Shown here: positions 26,601 through 48,626 of the stretch, one piece after another | Position numbering within the stretch: position 1 is the stretch's first letter | Layout: the number at the start of each line of letters is the position of its first letter | From: Ascidiella aspersa | Taxonomy: Eukaryota | DNA length: 64,000 bases | Reading direction: 5' to 3' | NCBI GenBank assembly: GCA_963924565.1 | Contig: OZ004607.1 | Coordinates: 11,718,001-11,782,000, forward strand | Position numbers and translations under genes: made by a program | The notes under the pieces: model-generated | What the model was told of the DNA's origin: nothing | Database searches by the model: none | The model's input: only the letters and a program-made list of their open reading frames with translations

Positions 26601-29600
26601 ACTTACATCTAAGATGAGCTGAACTCCGGTCTTGGTCAAGTGACACGAAATGAGACGGAAGACTTGGTTCGCGATGATTCTGACGCTACGGGACTCTTGA
26701 GACAACATTCCCAGCAAGATTTCGACTATCACCTGAAGGCAATTTAATGTCAAACATAATTTTACACATAGTTGCCACTAAACTACTAACTGGATAGACC
26801 CGGATTGCTATGCTACACTTATCTCTAATAGGTAAAAAATAATGACAAATGGGTAAAAATAGGTGTTTTAGCAAAACAACAATCATAATAGGCTTTACAT
26901 GGTTTGGATTTAGATAAACTTGGGTTATGTAGGTTGTTTAATAGAAAAATCCAATTATTTTTAATGTGACATAAGTAAGTCTGTTTTATGTTGTTATTAA
27001 AGTGACTTCTGGGGTGTATTTTTCAAAAATAACGGAAAAGCAATACAGCACAGTTTTTATTATGGGATATACACACCAGCCGCTAAAAACGTTTCAAAAT
27101 TATATTTGACCTTAATTTCGGTAATAGGACATATCTATCGACTTGTTCCTATCAATAAATTGCCGAAAAGTCGATAACATCGCGATATATTACCCCCTAT
27201 TTATAAAGGTTAGCGCGTAAAGGACAAACCTGTCATATTAACCAACAGTCAAAACAGAGGGGCGCGTTGGATTCCTCGAGTTCTATTTGTTACATCGCTG
27301 TACAACCTGCGGGTGGTTTGAAAGCATTACACTAGCTAGCAAAACTAACCTCGACCCAATGAGGCGCGTCGGAATCTTCGTCGGCCGGCTTGGCGCTTTT
27401 GCCTTTGCGGAACCTCTCCTTGATGATTTCGCGCAGGTCGCCGGCAACGTCGATGGCTGACTTCTGCACGTCGGCGTCGGTCGAGAGCAGCTGGAGAGCG
27501 ACGTGCAACAGGAGAAGCTGCAGAGCTGTGGCTTCCGACGACTTGAAGTTTTTCGTGTCTGCGCGGTTATTTGTCAAATTATATAAATTAACCCAGTGTT
27601 TCTACTACACATGGGTCGCGACCCACGATTAGATCGACGACTGCAGTGGTTCTCATGGTTTTAAGAGTTTGGTTCTGAGCAAGATGTCTGCGAAATTCAA
27701 CAGCAATACGAAAGCGTGGCTCATGTTAATTAATTTGAATCTAGTTATGCTATTGTCTTAGTCAAACATATATGCACACTAAGTGCTTTAACTGATGTTC
27801 AGTGAAATGTCGCCAAGTGTCCCGCAACAAATATTTAATCAAAGTTCCGTTCAACACCAGTCAAAATTACTGGTTGGACTTGGCTTTTATTTTATGAAAT
27901 TTATTATCCACAACCACCAGTTTGAATGCCTTATCGTGTTTTTCCTCATTTATTGCTGTTATAAGCTAAAAATACCCTAAACAAATTGATTTCGAATAGT
28001 TTTAGAAATTTTAAATAGTTTAGAAATAGTTTTCGAATAGTTTAGAAATGCCGGGTGGAAACGGTTTATTGGGAAAAACAACAACCAACAATATAGTAGG
28101 AATCTTCACTTTGATTTATACACTTGTCTAATGCAGAACGACAACGATTGGCAATTGTCACAATCGCTTCAAACTTATGTCCTACTACGGTACCCCGGTA
28201 TATTACATAACGTCAGTTTCTAAGCAAGGTTATTTTTTCGAGAAACCGCCGATGCGATGGCGAGAGAAGTTCACCTTTCTTTAGCGTTGACATTTTCCCG
28301 ATCGCCGACATGGCTTCTTTCCAGGCGGCCTTAACCTCGTCAGTGAAATCGACAGTGGTTGTCATGCTAACGTCGCTTTCCTCCAGTAGCGCGTCTGCGT
28401 AGCGAACGACCATGTGTAGCCAGAAGTCGCCGTTCGACATCACGCCAGGAATTCGCCGCTGGTTCGTTTCCTGCAAAATTCCTTTGTTGTCGATATATTC
28501 TAAAATCTGAACGAAGGAAATCACCACAAACCTTTTTGTTCTCGCGGCCCCTTTTAATTTTTTGGTAACCTGCGCGACCGCCCAATTTTAGTGTATGATA
28601 CATAAACCAGAGTCAATACAAAACACATATAAAAATTGGGGAAAAATCTGACGGATTGTATCAAAATTTGGCCAAAAATTAAGTCCGGATTTAAGTATGC
28701 ACAACAAGGTAAGGTTACGGTTTAAGCGTTCATCCATGTTTATTAGACATTGTTTGATTGAGCCAACGCTTTAGTTAAGTGTAATGGTGACGTCAAAATC
28801 ACGACTGTTTAACTGCAGCAAAACCCACATAAACACAATTATTAGACTGTCGTTTGCTTTTGCTTCATCATAATGTTAAATTTTAGTTCATATTGCTTAT
28901 TTGTTATGAAGTTTTTCTTTATCAAATACTATACACGGGGACCCCCTAGCCAAACCTTTGTGGCGCCTTTAAGGGCCCAACCCCCAGGTTGGAAACCACC
29001 TAACAATGGCAATCATCACAAAAATCATGAACACGTTTACGGGGCTATAACTAAGCGTTACACATCGCTGAAAAAAGATAACATATTTCACTAGAACATT
29101 TAGAGGTTCAATTGTTATTGGTTACATTTATCACTACCATTGAAATATGCAATATAATTTTTAAGAGCGTAATAGGTTTTATAGGAATGGTTTTACATAA
29201 TCAATCTGCTTCTACTTCTTTCAGTGGCGACAAAAGAATATAACTGAACAAAGTTGAAAAAAAGAACGCTTTTTCATACAACACATCAAAAAGAGGGCTT
29301 ACTGTTAACTATCTAACGTCTCCTTATGTTATTATAAACTGTGTCATATAAGCATAAGCAGTGTTTCTCAAGTATTATATATCAGCAACTTTGCTGTCTT
29401 ACATTCTTTTCGGAGTCCACTGGAAGCATGTTGTTCAGCCACGACATAAGGGTGTTAAAATTTGAACGCACTTTGCTCTGCGTTGATTCTGAAAGCTCCA
29501 TAAAATGAGTCGGCACCATAGCGACTTCTTCAATGTTCGATGATTTACTGGTTCCAGTCACTGTTCACAAACAGTGAGTTTAAGTCTTGCCTTCATTTAC

Positions 29601-32600
29601 CGAATATTTTTGTGTGGAAAATGACCAAACAATGTAGTTTATGAGTTTGTTTTCATATAAGAATCTTACCATCAAAGTGGCCATGGAAAAACATAAACTT
29701 AAGAGTATTTGATATCCAGTCTTCATTCCGTGGAAGATGGATCATCCTAACAAGGTGAGCAAGCTGTGTGCTGCTCCATCTTGAAAAGCAAATAAAAAAT
29801 CATATCAAAACAATACCAGACTCAATCAAATTAAGGTGAGACTTGTCGGATAAAATCTTGTTTTCTTGTTTGCTTAATTTTTATGTTCATTGGTTGTTTA
29901 TATTTTATTTAAATAGCAACTAGGAAGTTTGCAGGCATCTTACAAATATCATTTGACATAAGCTGTATTTTAAAGGGTGACTTTGCACCGAAGCACTGTT
30001 CGGTGGCAACGTTTATGCAAGTAAAAAAGTCTACTTACTCGCGAGCAACATCCAAGTTAAGTTCCTTGATTCCAGAATCGCCGACCGATCCCTCTAGGAA
30101 CAGTTTCTTGAGCCAGCTGATGTACTTAAGCAGGGCAGGCAGTTTAAGGTGGCCAACCACCGAACTAACTATAGCAGAATGTGTGACGCTATCAAGATAG
30201 ATTCCACCAGGACTAAAAAGATTAATTTTAAGTATGTTAATCAAACGCCCTGAAAACCCAAAGAATATAGAAGCAAATTTTTCCATTAAATATATTGTTT
30301 TCTTATGAATTTTTCGTATTCATCATCATTACTTTTCCATGCAACCATAAAATTTCCAAAAAAGTATACATTTATAAACAAATCATGTTTTTTTTCAGTA
30401 TATATTAATATATTGTATTTAAACTATCATTTAAACAGGCTATTTTACACTACTAACTTGTACTAAGTACTTATTTTTTTAGTCTCAACTCAAACATTTT
30501 TACCTCCTGTATTGAGGCCCTTGCAGTATATATTTATGCAATTTATACATAATGCACTAAAAACAGAAAACAAGATTAACATATTACCTCTTCAATAACT
30601 GAAACAAAACCTTGTATTGCACATTAGGGGACATATTTGCATCTTTCATTTTTTCAGAAAGCTCTTGAGGCAGTTGTTGTTTGGAATATTTATGAAAGTA
30701 ATGATCTTTATTCAGTAGAGAGGTGTAGATTTGAACCAATATATCTTTACTCCAAATGATAGGTACCTGGAAAAGGGAGATTGTAGGTGGATCTTATGAA
30801 CCTAGCCAATAAATAGAGAAACAACCAGACATTTTTCAAAAACATTGTTTAAAAATTAATGTAAGTTTATAATAAAAAGTGTGATTTTACTTAAAAAAAT
30901 GTATACACATATATATATACATTTCATAATTAAACATATTGAAAACATAATTATATATATACATATATATAAATATTGAAAAAAAAATTTAATAATATGA
31001 TTACTAATTTTATATTAGTATTTCAAGTTCTACATTACACAATTTGTTTATCTTTTTTGGAGAAATATTAGTACTTACATTATCTTGGCTTAAATGGGGT
31101 AACAGAAAAACGGCAAGTTTAATTGCCAGACATTTTCGTTCAGGTGATGAATTAATTAGTGTTGGCTGCAGAAACTCATGCCAAAACTTTGCTAAGGACT
31201 CATGGCCTTGAGTGGCTATCTGCAACATGATGTCAAGGGCAAATGTGTTAACTTCAGGCTGGCAAGGAGTGGTTTCAGCAATAATTCTGGCCAACTGTTT
31301 AAAACAGTGCGTTCCTGTAAAAGCAGATTTATTACATATTGGAATGGGTCAAAGTTTGTCAAAGCTTAAAATCACTGACCTATGATTTCACTCTTCTTTG
31401 ATTTCTTGGGTATCCAGTTGTTTGTTTTGAGAAAAGTCTTGCCACATGCTTCAGGATGATGCTTTGAACAAACCAACAGCAAATGTAACATGTCTGGAGT
31501 GCAGCTATCCCATCCATCCTCAAAGAAAGATGACAGTGATGGCCACATTGCATCTTGAAAAGTTGCAGACTTTACCTTGAGGAGATAAAAAAACATTGCT
31601 TATTTTCTTAGCCTATAGAGTAGAAGATTTCTAGCAATTTTTTTCTTTTAAAAAAGTTTTGAAGCAATGCATTGTTTTAGTGGGTTTTACTAATTGATAA
31701 AGTAACACCTAAAATTAATTAAATTTAAATATATACCTTTTTGGTCAATTCACAAAGTCCTTGAATAGCCAAGCTGTGAACAAAAACCTTAGCTTTGGCA
31801 AGACTAAGGAACTCTTTTGTAACATGATTTATAAGTCGACCACTATGACTCTCCGCTTCAAATAACCTGTTGCTTTCTATAAGTGTCAGCAAGCAAAACG
31901 CCCTTCCGAACAACATTTCTCTGTCCTCCTAAAAAGCAATATAAAAATTGTAAATTCCTACTAATTTTAGGGGGTAGGGTAATTCCATGTCAAAGCAACC
32001 AGAAAAAACGAAAATTTTAACCACTACACCTTGGATTTCTTTTATATTTGCCACACTTGTGGAGTTTTTCAGCCAGATCATTAAAAACTTTATTTTGTCA
32101 AAATTGGTTGAGGGGTAAAAAAGTTATGTTATTTTAAAATTTGGGGTAATTTGTGCTCGGTCAACCATGAAATTCATTGATTTTCAGCTATGTCAACTTC
32201 AACATCTTGTATCTTTGTGATGGATTGAAGTTTGTGTTTGAAATAAAGTTTATTTAAAAGATAATAATTTAAGGTCCTATTGCTTAGATTTTTATGACAT
32301 TTAAGGCTGAAGGTCAGAGGTCATGCAGAGGTTGAATATTTGTCTTTTTTGAAATCAGTGAAGCGGAACCCAATTTAAACGCGGAATATCTCAAAAGCGT
32401 TGACTTAAATTTTTGTGTTAAGGTGTCTATGGAGAGCTTATTCCAAGTACTTTCATTTAAACCAGGTTTCATTGCTCCTTTCAAGGGATACCACTGTCAT
32501 ATGAGCTGTGTAACATGACCGTCTAAAAAATAGCATTTTGGTTCGAATTACAAATTTATTTCAATACAAAGTCTGAATTACATTATTTTTTCAACTACTA

Positions 32601-35600
32601 AACTGTGACATTTGTTTTCAAATAAATTTATTTTCACAATATATATTTTATTCTTAAAATGTTTATGGAAGTATACTCCAAATACTTTTTTAAAACATGG
32701 GTGGATAAAGTGCATTATATCATGTTTTTTTTATTACAAATTTTTTTTTTATTACAAATGGAAATTTCTGTAGTTTTGTGAATTGTTTATCTAAAATTGT
32801 CAAAAAAGTACTCATCCAGTTATTAAAAATCCAGCTAATGAAGAGTTTAGTGCTCGCAGTTACACACTAATGAGGATTCTGACTGCCATAGATTAACTAT
32901 GGTAAAAGAATGTGGGTATATTCTATTTGCTGAACTACCTATAAAAGATAAATCGTTGCTATTAATAAGAGCCTTATTATAAGAAAAATTTGAAGGATAA
33001 AATTTGCTTGTATCACCCTGCTTTATTCTTAAACACAAGATACAACTCCTTTAATGTAGACAGTATTAACCTCTTCTGTTCATATACTTTAGTTGCAACA
33101 CTAACTTTGTCGCTAATTCCTGGCATTATACGTGTGTTGTCATTGACACAGATTCAGCACAGCTTCTTTCTATGTTTCCTGCTGGCAATGGTTTTCTCTT
33201 TTGGTGTACATTTTTTTTGGACTTTCGTAAATTTTAAAAAATTCTTTGCTGTACGCATCATATTTTCTGGCACTCCAAAAAATTCTGAAACTTTTTTTTC
33301 TAGACCAAGAGTCTGGAGAAAAGGTTAGAAGTTGAACTTTTGCTGAGTAGGATTCTTCTGTAACCAGTTTGGTTTGAATTTTATCCATTAGTTTGTCAAA
33401 ATCTTTGGCTTTTTGCATATTTACAATAATTTTGCCTTCTCTTCTCTATTAGTAGTTTCCAAGTGTGGAAGAGCAGTTGAAAACCTCTTCTTCAAATCTT
33501 GATAAATAGAGCCCAATTTCCTTTTTCTATATACAATCTTGCTGGATGATGGTAGGCTATGAAGTTTTAATGGGATTGACTAATCACATGTAGGCTTGTG
33601 TTAAGCTGACTTGTGGAAAGATATAAATCGCTGTTGTCACTAGTGTTAGAGGCAGCTACACTAACATTCGTATCAATTGACGATTCCGATGAAATGCTTT
33701 CATTTTCACTACAAATTAATTTTAGTTTTGTTTTGCAATTACTAGAATTTTTTGTCCAGGGATAAGCTTAAAATTATTTTGCTTAGTTTTTTGTGAAAAA
33801 TCAAGTTGTATTTTTTGTAATTTAGCCATAATATTTGTTTTATGTGATTTAAATGGATTGCAGCAGACTTTTTGAGGCAGATCATATTTATTTAGGAAAA
33901 AGCATGGTGATACAAGCAAATTTTCTTTTTGCAATAAGTTTGCTCTTATTAATAACAACAATTTAGATAGTTTAGCAAATAGAATAGGCCGATATTCTTT
34001 TACCATAGTTAGTTTATGGCAGTCAGAATCCACATTAGTGTGTAAACCAACACTACAAGCACTAAACTCTTCATTAACTGGGTTTTCAATAACTTGATGA
34101 GTACTTTTTCGATAATTTTAGATAAACAATTCACAAAACTACAGAATTTATCAACTTGTAATGAATCTGAAATAAAAAAATATGATACAATGGACTTTAT
34201 CTACCCATGTTTTAAAAAAGTATTTGGAGGAGTATATTCTTCATAAACATTTTAAAAACAAAAAATATGTTGAGAAATTAATTTATTTAAAAAACAAATG
34301 TCACAGTTTAGTAGTTGAAAAAATAATGTAATTCAGACTTTGTATTGAAATAAATTTGTAATTCGAACCAAAATGCTATTTTTTAGACGGTCATGTTACA
34401 CAGCTCATATGACAGTGGTATCCCTTGAAAGGAGCAATGAAACCTGGTTTAAATGAAAGTACTTGGAATAAGCTCTCCATAGACACCTTACACAAAAAAA
34501 TTTAAGTCAACGCTTTTGAGATATTTCGCTTCTAAATTGGGTTCCGCTTCACTGATTTTTAAAATACACATTAGTTTGACCTGCACTTGACCTCTGACCT
34601 TAGAGCTGAAACAACAAAACAATGTAACAAATCTAACATTAGGTTATTATCTTTTAAATAAACTTAATTTTAAAGTAAAACTCCAATCCATTAAAAAGTT
34701 ATGCTAGATTGAACTTTGCATGAGTAAAAATCAATGAGTTTCACGGTTCAGCGAGCACAAAATGCCCAATATTTCAAAACAGCATAACTTTTTAACCCCT
34801 CAAAAAATTTTGGTAAAATAAAGTTTATTGTAATCAGGATGGAAAACTCTACACATGTACAAAATTTGAGCAATTTTGAAAACATATGGGTTAAATAGGT
34901 TGGTTGCTTTGACATGGAATTACCCGGTAGTAGAACATAATCCTTTCTATCATATAAAAAAAATTAACAGCCTTACACTTTTTGTATTGCCCAGCTGAAG
35001 TTTTTCTGTCATTAGTTCCAAAATGTGATTGGCATTGACTAGCTTTGAAGTTGTTTGACTGAGTAAAGCGGACAGAGCAGTGGAGAAGCCAACTCTGGCA
35101 AACTTTCTGTTGGATCCCAACCCACCAACCAGACGGCCAATCGTATACTTGAAATCTGGACATAATTCTTCAGGATCTTCTGCCTATTATCAAAACGTGT
35201 TGTATTAGATTTAGATAAAGACAATGTGTAAACCTATAAATGAGCCCGTCTGGAAATTAATGGATGTGACCGGGTGCAACTAAGGTCAAAAGTGCAGCCC
35301 ACAACTATAAATCATGTGAAAATCAGGTGCATATTTAATATTTGGGGTGCAGGAGTAGTCTGTTGAAAAAAATGCAGGTCCACTTGTCTTACTTTTCAGA
35401 GTAGTAAATGGGAATCTTTAAACAATTAAATGAAAAAATTACATCATTTAAGGTAAAAAACACTTCACATTGAACTATTTGTTTTTTTATGATGAAATTT
35501 TCCTCTCTTTCAGTGATAAAAATATGAATATACTAATCATAAATGTTTGAATCATGTCTAATTCTGAAATTACATTTACACTGGAATGTATAACTAACAA

Positions 35601-35946
35601 AAAAGTGTAAAAATAAACAATAAAAGGCGCTGGGCTAGAATCCTACTACAGCTTTGAAACAATTATTATTAAAGCAACACACAGTATTTGGGTTGGATGG
35701 GTCAAGTATTATTATTTATTAATATTGCTTAACCTACTTTAATCCGCACGCTAACCCAAATGATGTTCGTTGTGGTAAATTTTTAGACCAGCTCCCAATA
35801 AAATTCACAAATAATTCATCTACCTTTTTCTGTTGTTTCAACAACCGATTGATCAGCAATTGGGTTGCATTAATTCGCTTTGTTTCATCGTTATCTGCCA
35901 GGTCCCAGAAAACTTGCAACAACTGATTGTCTCTCTCAACAGTCAT
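5664..35946 (-). CDS. MYBBP1A: Myb-binding protein 1A (DNA polymerase phi/Pol5 family nucleolar protein), 22 coding exons, ~1252 aa
   Basis: Exons (minus strand): 35946-35824, 35183-34977, 31928-31737, 31575-31380, 31314-31079, 30766-30588, 30212-30039, 29779-29670, 29560-29403, 28470-28275, 27558-27350, 26732-26607, 25852-25744, 24701-24556, 23707-23585, 22560-22349, 10903-10709, 8962-8764, 8182-8016, 7240-7070, 6384-6290, 5899-5664. All junctions are GT-AG and phase-consistent (total 3759 nt). Motifs: FWDLAD..E.KR, Y..GRLVGGLGSNRKFARVGFS, HWVEVIVEILLGMLSQ...QLILDVL, an acidic tract, DDAMMRID..L..IF, HFQLRCVELLE, and a Lys-rich C-terminus. Confidence 0.93.
8315..8685. repeat. Diverged ~175-bp tandem duplication with an invariant hairpin core
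   Basis: AAACAAGACAAAATGTCTGGCGTACCTTTCCAGACAA is identical at 8417 and 8592. The flanks are alignable but diverged. Confidence 0.85.
9841..10109. mobile_element. hAT-type MITE, same family as 18230-18391, older
   Basis: Ends are CAGTGTTTCTCAAAC and GCACACAGTTCGACAATCACTG. The 8-bp TSD is degenerate (GCTTGGAT / GCTAAGAT). Right-end remnants of the family also occur at ~47021-47056 and ~58831-58867. Confidence 0.75.
10215..10680. mobile_element. Degenerate inverted-repeat MITE family B
   Basis: Inverted pairs GGACCAACGACATAAT / ATTATGTATTGGTCC and AGAATAAGTCCTA / TAGGCCTTATTCT. The right end resembles ~50330-50497 (TAGGACTTATTTC...ATTATGTGTTAGTCATATTTTGTCCTTATTCCG). Confidence 0.55.
14100..15620 (+). 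promoter_or_regulatory. CpG-rich non-coding block ending in a TATA-like element; candidate enhancer/promoter of the nested ankyrin gene
   Basis: GC/CpG-rich with no convincing ORF. TATATATATA at 15431-15440, repeated GGCCTTTT/AAAAGGCC, and TGTGGGAA at 14956. Confidence 0.45.
17569..21155 (+). CDS. Ankyrin-repeat protein (~6 N-terminal ANK repeats plus a low-complexity/basic tail, ~450-480 aa), nested in MYBBP1A intron 16
   Basis: Exons 17569-17665, 17914-17993, 18530-18661, 18989-19081 and 20208-21155 are GT-AG and phase-consistent. ANK motifs: YPLHIAAKQG, GTPLHQATRQGH, DTPLHKAAAFGY, ATPLHHAAKAGA, LLERGADP. The start is ambiguous: ATG 17569, in-frame ATG 17512, or ATG 17425 via a 48-nt intron at 17477-17524. 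Confidence 0.88.
18230..18391. mobile_element. hAT-type MITE (162 bp) in an ankyrin-gene intron
   Basis: TIRs CAGTGGTTCCCAAAC / GTTTGGAAATCACTG and a perfect 8-bp TSD GTTTAGAG (18222-18229, 18392-18399). Confidence 0.9.
19337..19402. repeat. Short tandem duplication
   Basis: TATATGCTGTTAAATGTGTTTAAAATGCGAAC occurs twice. Confidence 0.9.
24967..25572. mobile_element. hAT-type MITE (606 bp) containing a 28-bp minisatellite
   Basis: TIRs CAGGGGTTCCCA / TGGGAACCCCTG and a perfect 8-bp TSD CCCTAACT (24959-24966, 25573-25580). Confidence 0.9.
25355..25466. repeat. 28-bp tandem repeat x4 (TACCACTTACAATTCTAAAATAAAACTG)
   Basis: Copies start at 25355, 25383, 25411 and 25439. They are head-to-tail with no spacers, and there is one substitution in the last copy. 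Confidence 0.95.
25943..26232. repeat. Diverged ~188-bp-period direct duplication
   Basis: CTGGAG..CAAGTAACG...GGCCAGGAAAATGT...GAGTGTAA.ATTTTAGCGGCT.ACGTAGG occurs at 25943 and 26132. Confidence 0.8.
31977..34925 (-). mobile_element. Sola2-like non-autonomous foldback DNA transposon with ~1.05-kb inverted arms and a truncated transposase
   Basis: Termini GGGTAATTCCATGTCAAAGCAACC (31977) and its exact reverse complement ending at 34925. 4-bp TSD GGTA at 31973-31976 and 34926-34929. Arms span ~31977-33035 and ~33885-34925. GRG termini, a 4-bp TSD and long inverted repeats match Sola2 (established knowledge). Confidence 0.85.
33015..34075 (-). pseudogene. Frameshifted N-terminal half of a Sola2-type transposase; catalytic core missing
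   Basis: Successive minus-strand fragments: CSVGLHTNVDSDCHK, FLNKYDLPQKVCCNPFKSHK, LIPGQKI/(frameshift)SNCK, DFDKLMDKIQTKL..SYSAKVQLLTFSPDSWSRKK, and TRIMPGISDKVSV..YEQKRLILSTLKELYLVFK. The last fragment runs directly into the left inverted arm. Confidence 0.8.
35686..35795. mobile_element. Palindromic MITE family A fragment in MYBBP1A intron 1
   Basis: ATTTGGGTTGGATGGGTCAAGTATT...GCTTAACC...CTAACCCAAAT matches the family core. Confidence 0.6.
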
Positions 35947-37094
35947 GTTTAAGCGATTTTATGTCGCTATATCATGAATAAAGAAATATTATAAAAAAGC
36001 TTACCCCTAGTAAACAATTGCAACGCACATGTTTTACTATCCAGTGGTGAATTCTCACCAATACGTTGCTATTTTCGACGCCATTTTGTGCTAATAATAA
36101 CTTTAAATTTTTTTAATATTTCAGTTCGTTGCGATTTTATTAAAACTTTTATAATTATTAGAGATCATCAGTATGCATTATTCGTCCAATTAATTCATTC
36201 AATAACTAATTTTATCACAAACAAATACGTTTTATTTTTAATCGAAGTGAAATTAAAAACTGCAGCAACATACACAAACAAAACAACAACATAGTATAGA
36301 ATTTTAAAGATGTCCGTTATGCTCAACGTCACCTTAGCTAATAATGTATTTCCATACAAATTATCAAATTCAATTATAAATTTAACAATTTCAATGCGGC
36401 ATGATTTTGTTCAATTTTTTGTGTTAGTTTAGCGATACAAAATATAGAGTTTTAAACAAAAAAAACGCACTTTTAAGAAGTACCCTACAAAAAGTCTTTT
36501 GTAAATGTGTACATATGAAGTTCTTTACGCTAACCAGTTTGAGTTCTCAGATACTACTGAGTAAATCTCAGATACTACTGAGTAAATCTCCTTTCACCCG
36601 AAAGTGATAAATTTGTATTTTTTACTTTTTAAATTACCTGGATTGTTTTGTGTGCCGCTAAACCATGTAATTTTCCCAAATGAATTATTTGTATTACAAA
36701 TATAGATATGCAGCTTAGCATGTATATTTGCACTATCCCTAGGGTAATTGATAACATTACACTATTTACTGACCACCTTGTCTTGCGGTTAGATTGTAAG
36801 GTTATAATTGTATGATTTTGTACAAGTCTACTGCAAGTTTGTTTTTATTTTTTTCCACAGGCCCAAAAAGTTAAGAATCACTGTTTTATGCATTACTAAC
36901 TCATAGTCACACTTAGCAGACTGAATAATTTTGTAATATAATTTATTTTACAGGAAAATTTTAGCTAGCTTGATTCAATCGCTGTTGCCAACTTCAGAAA
37001 TATGATCATTCATCAACATGTGTAGCTGCAATCATACACTTCAAGCAAATACGCCCTTACAATAGTCCAACCACCAATTAACTTTAGTTTAAGC
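35947..37094. promoter_or_regulatory. Shared head-to-head promoter and 5' UTR region of MYBBP1A and PCNX4
   Basis: Divergent start codons are 1148 nt apart. YY1-type CGCCATTTT at 36079-36087. Strong + strand acceptors end at 36860 and 36953, upstream of the PCNX4 ATG. Confidence 0.65.

Positions 37095-48626
<11,532 letters not shown>

Noticed and set aside
31570-31580. AG|GTAAAG recursive splice site at the start of MYBBP1A exon 4
   Set aside because: Explained by Val-Lys codons. The flanking introns are short, so recursive splicing is not needed.
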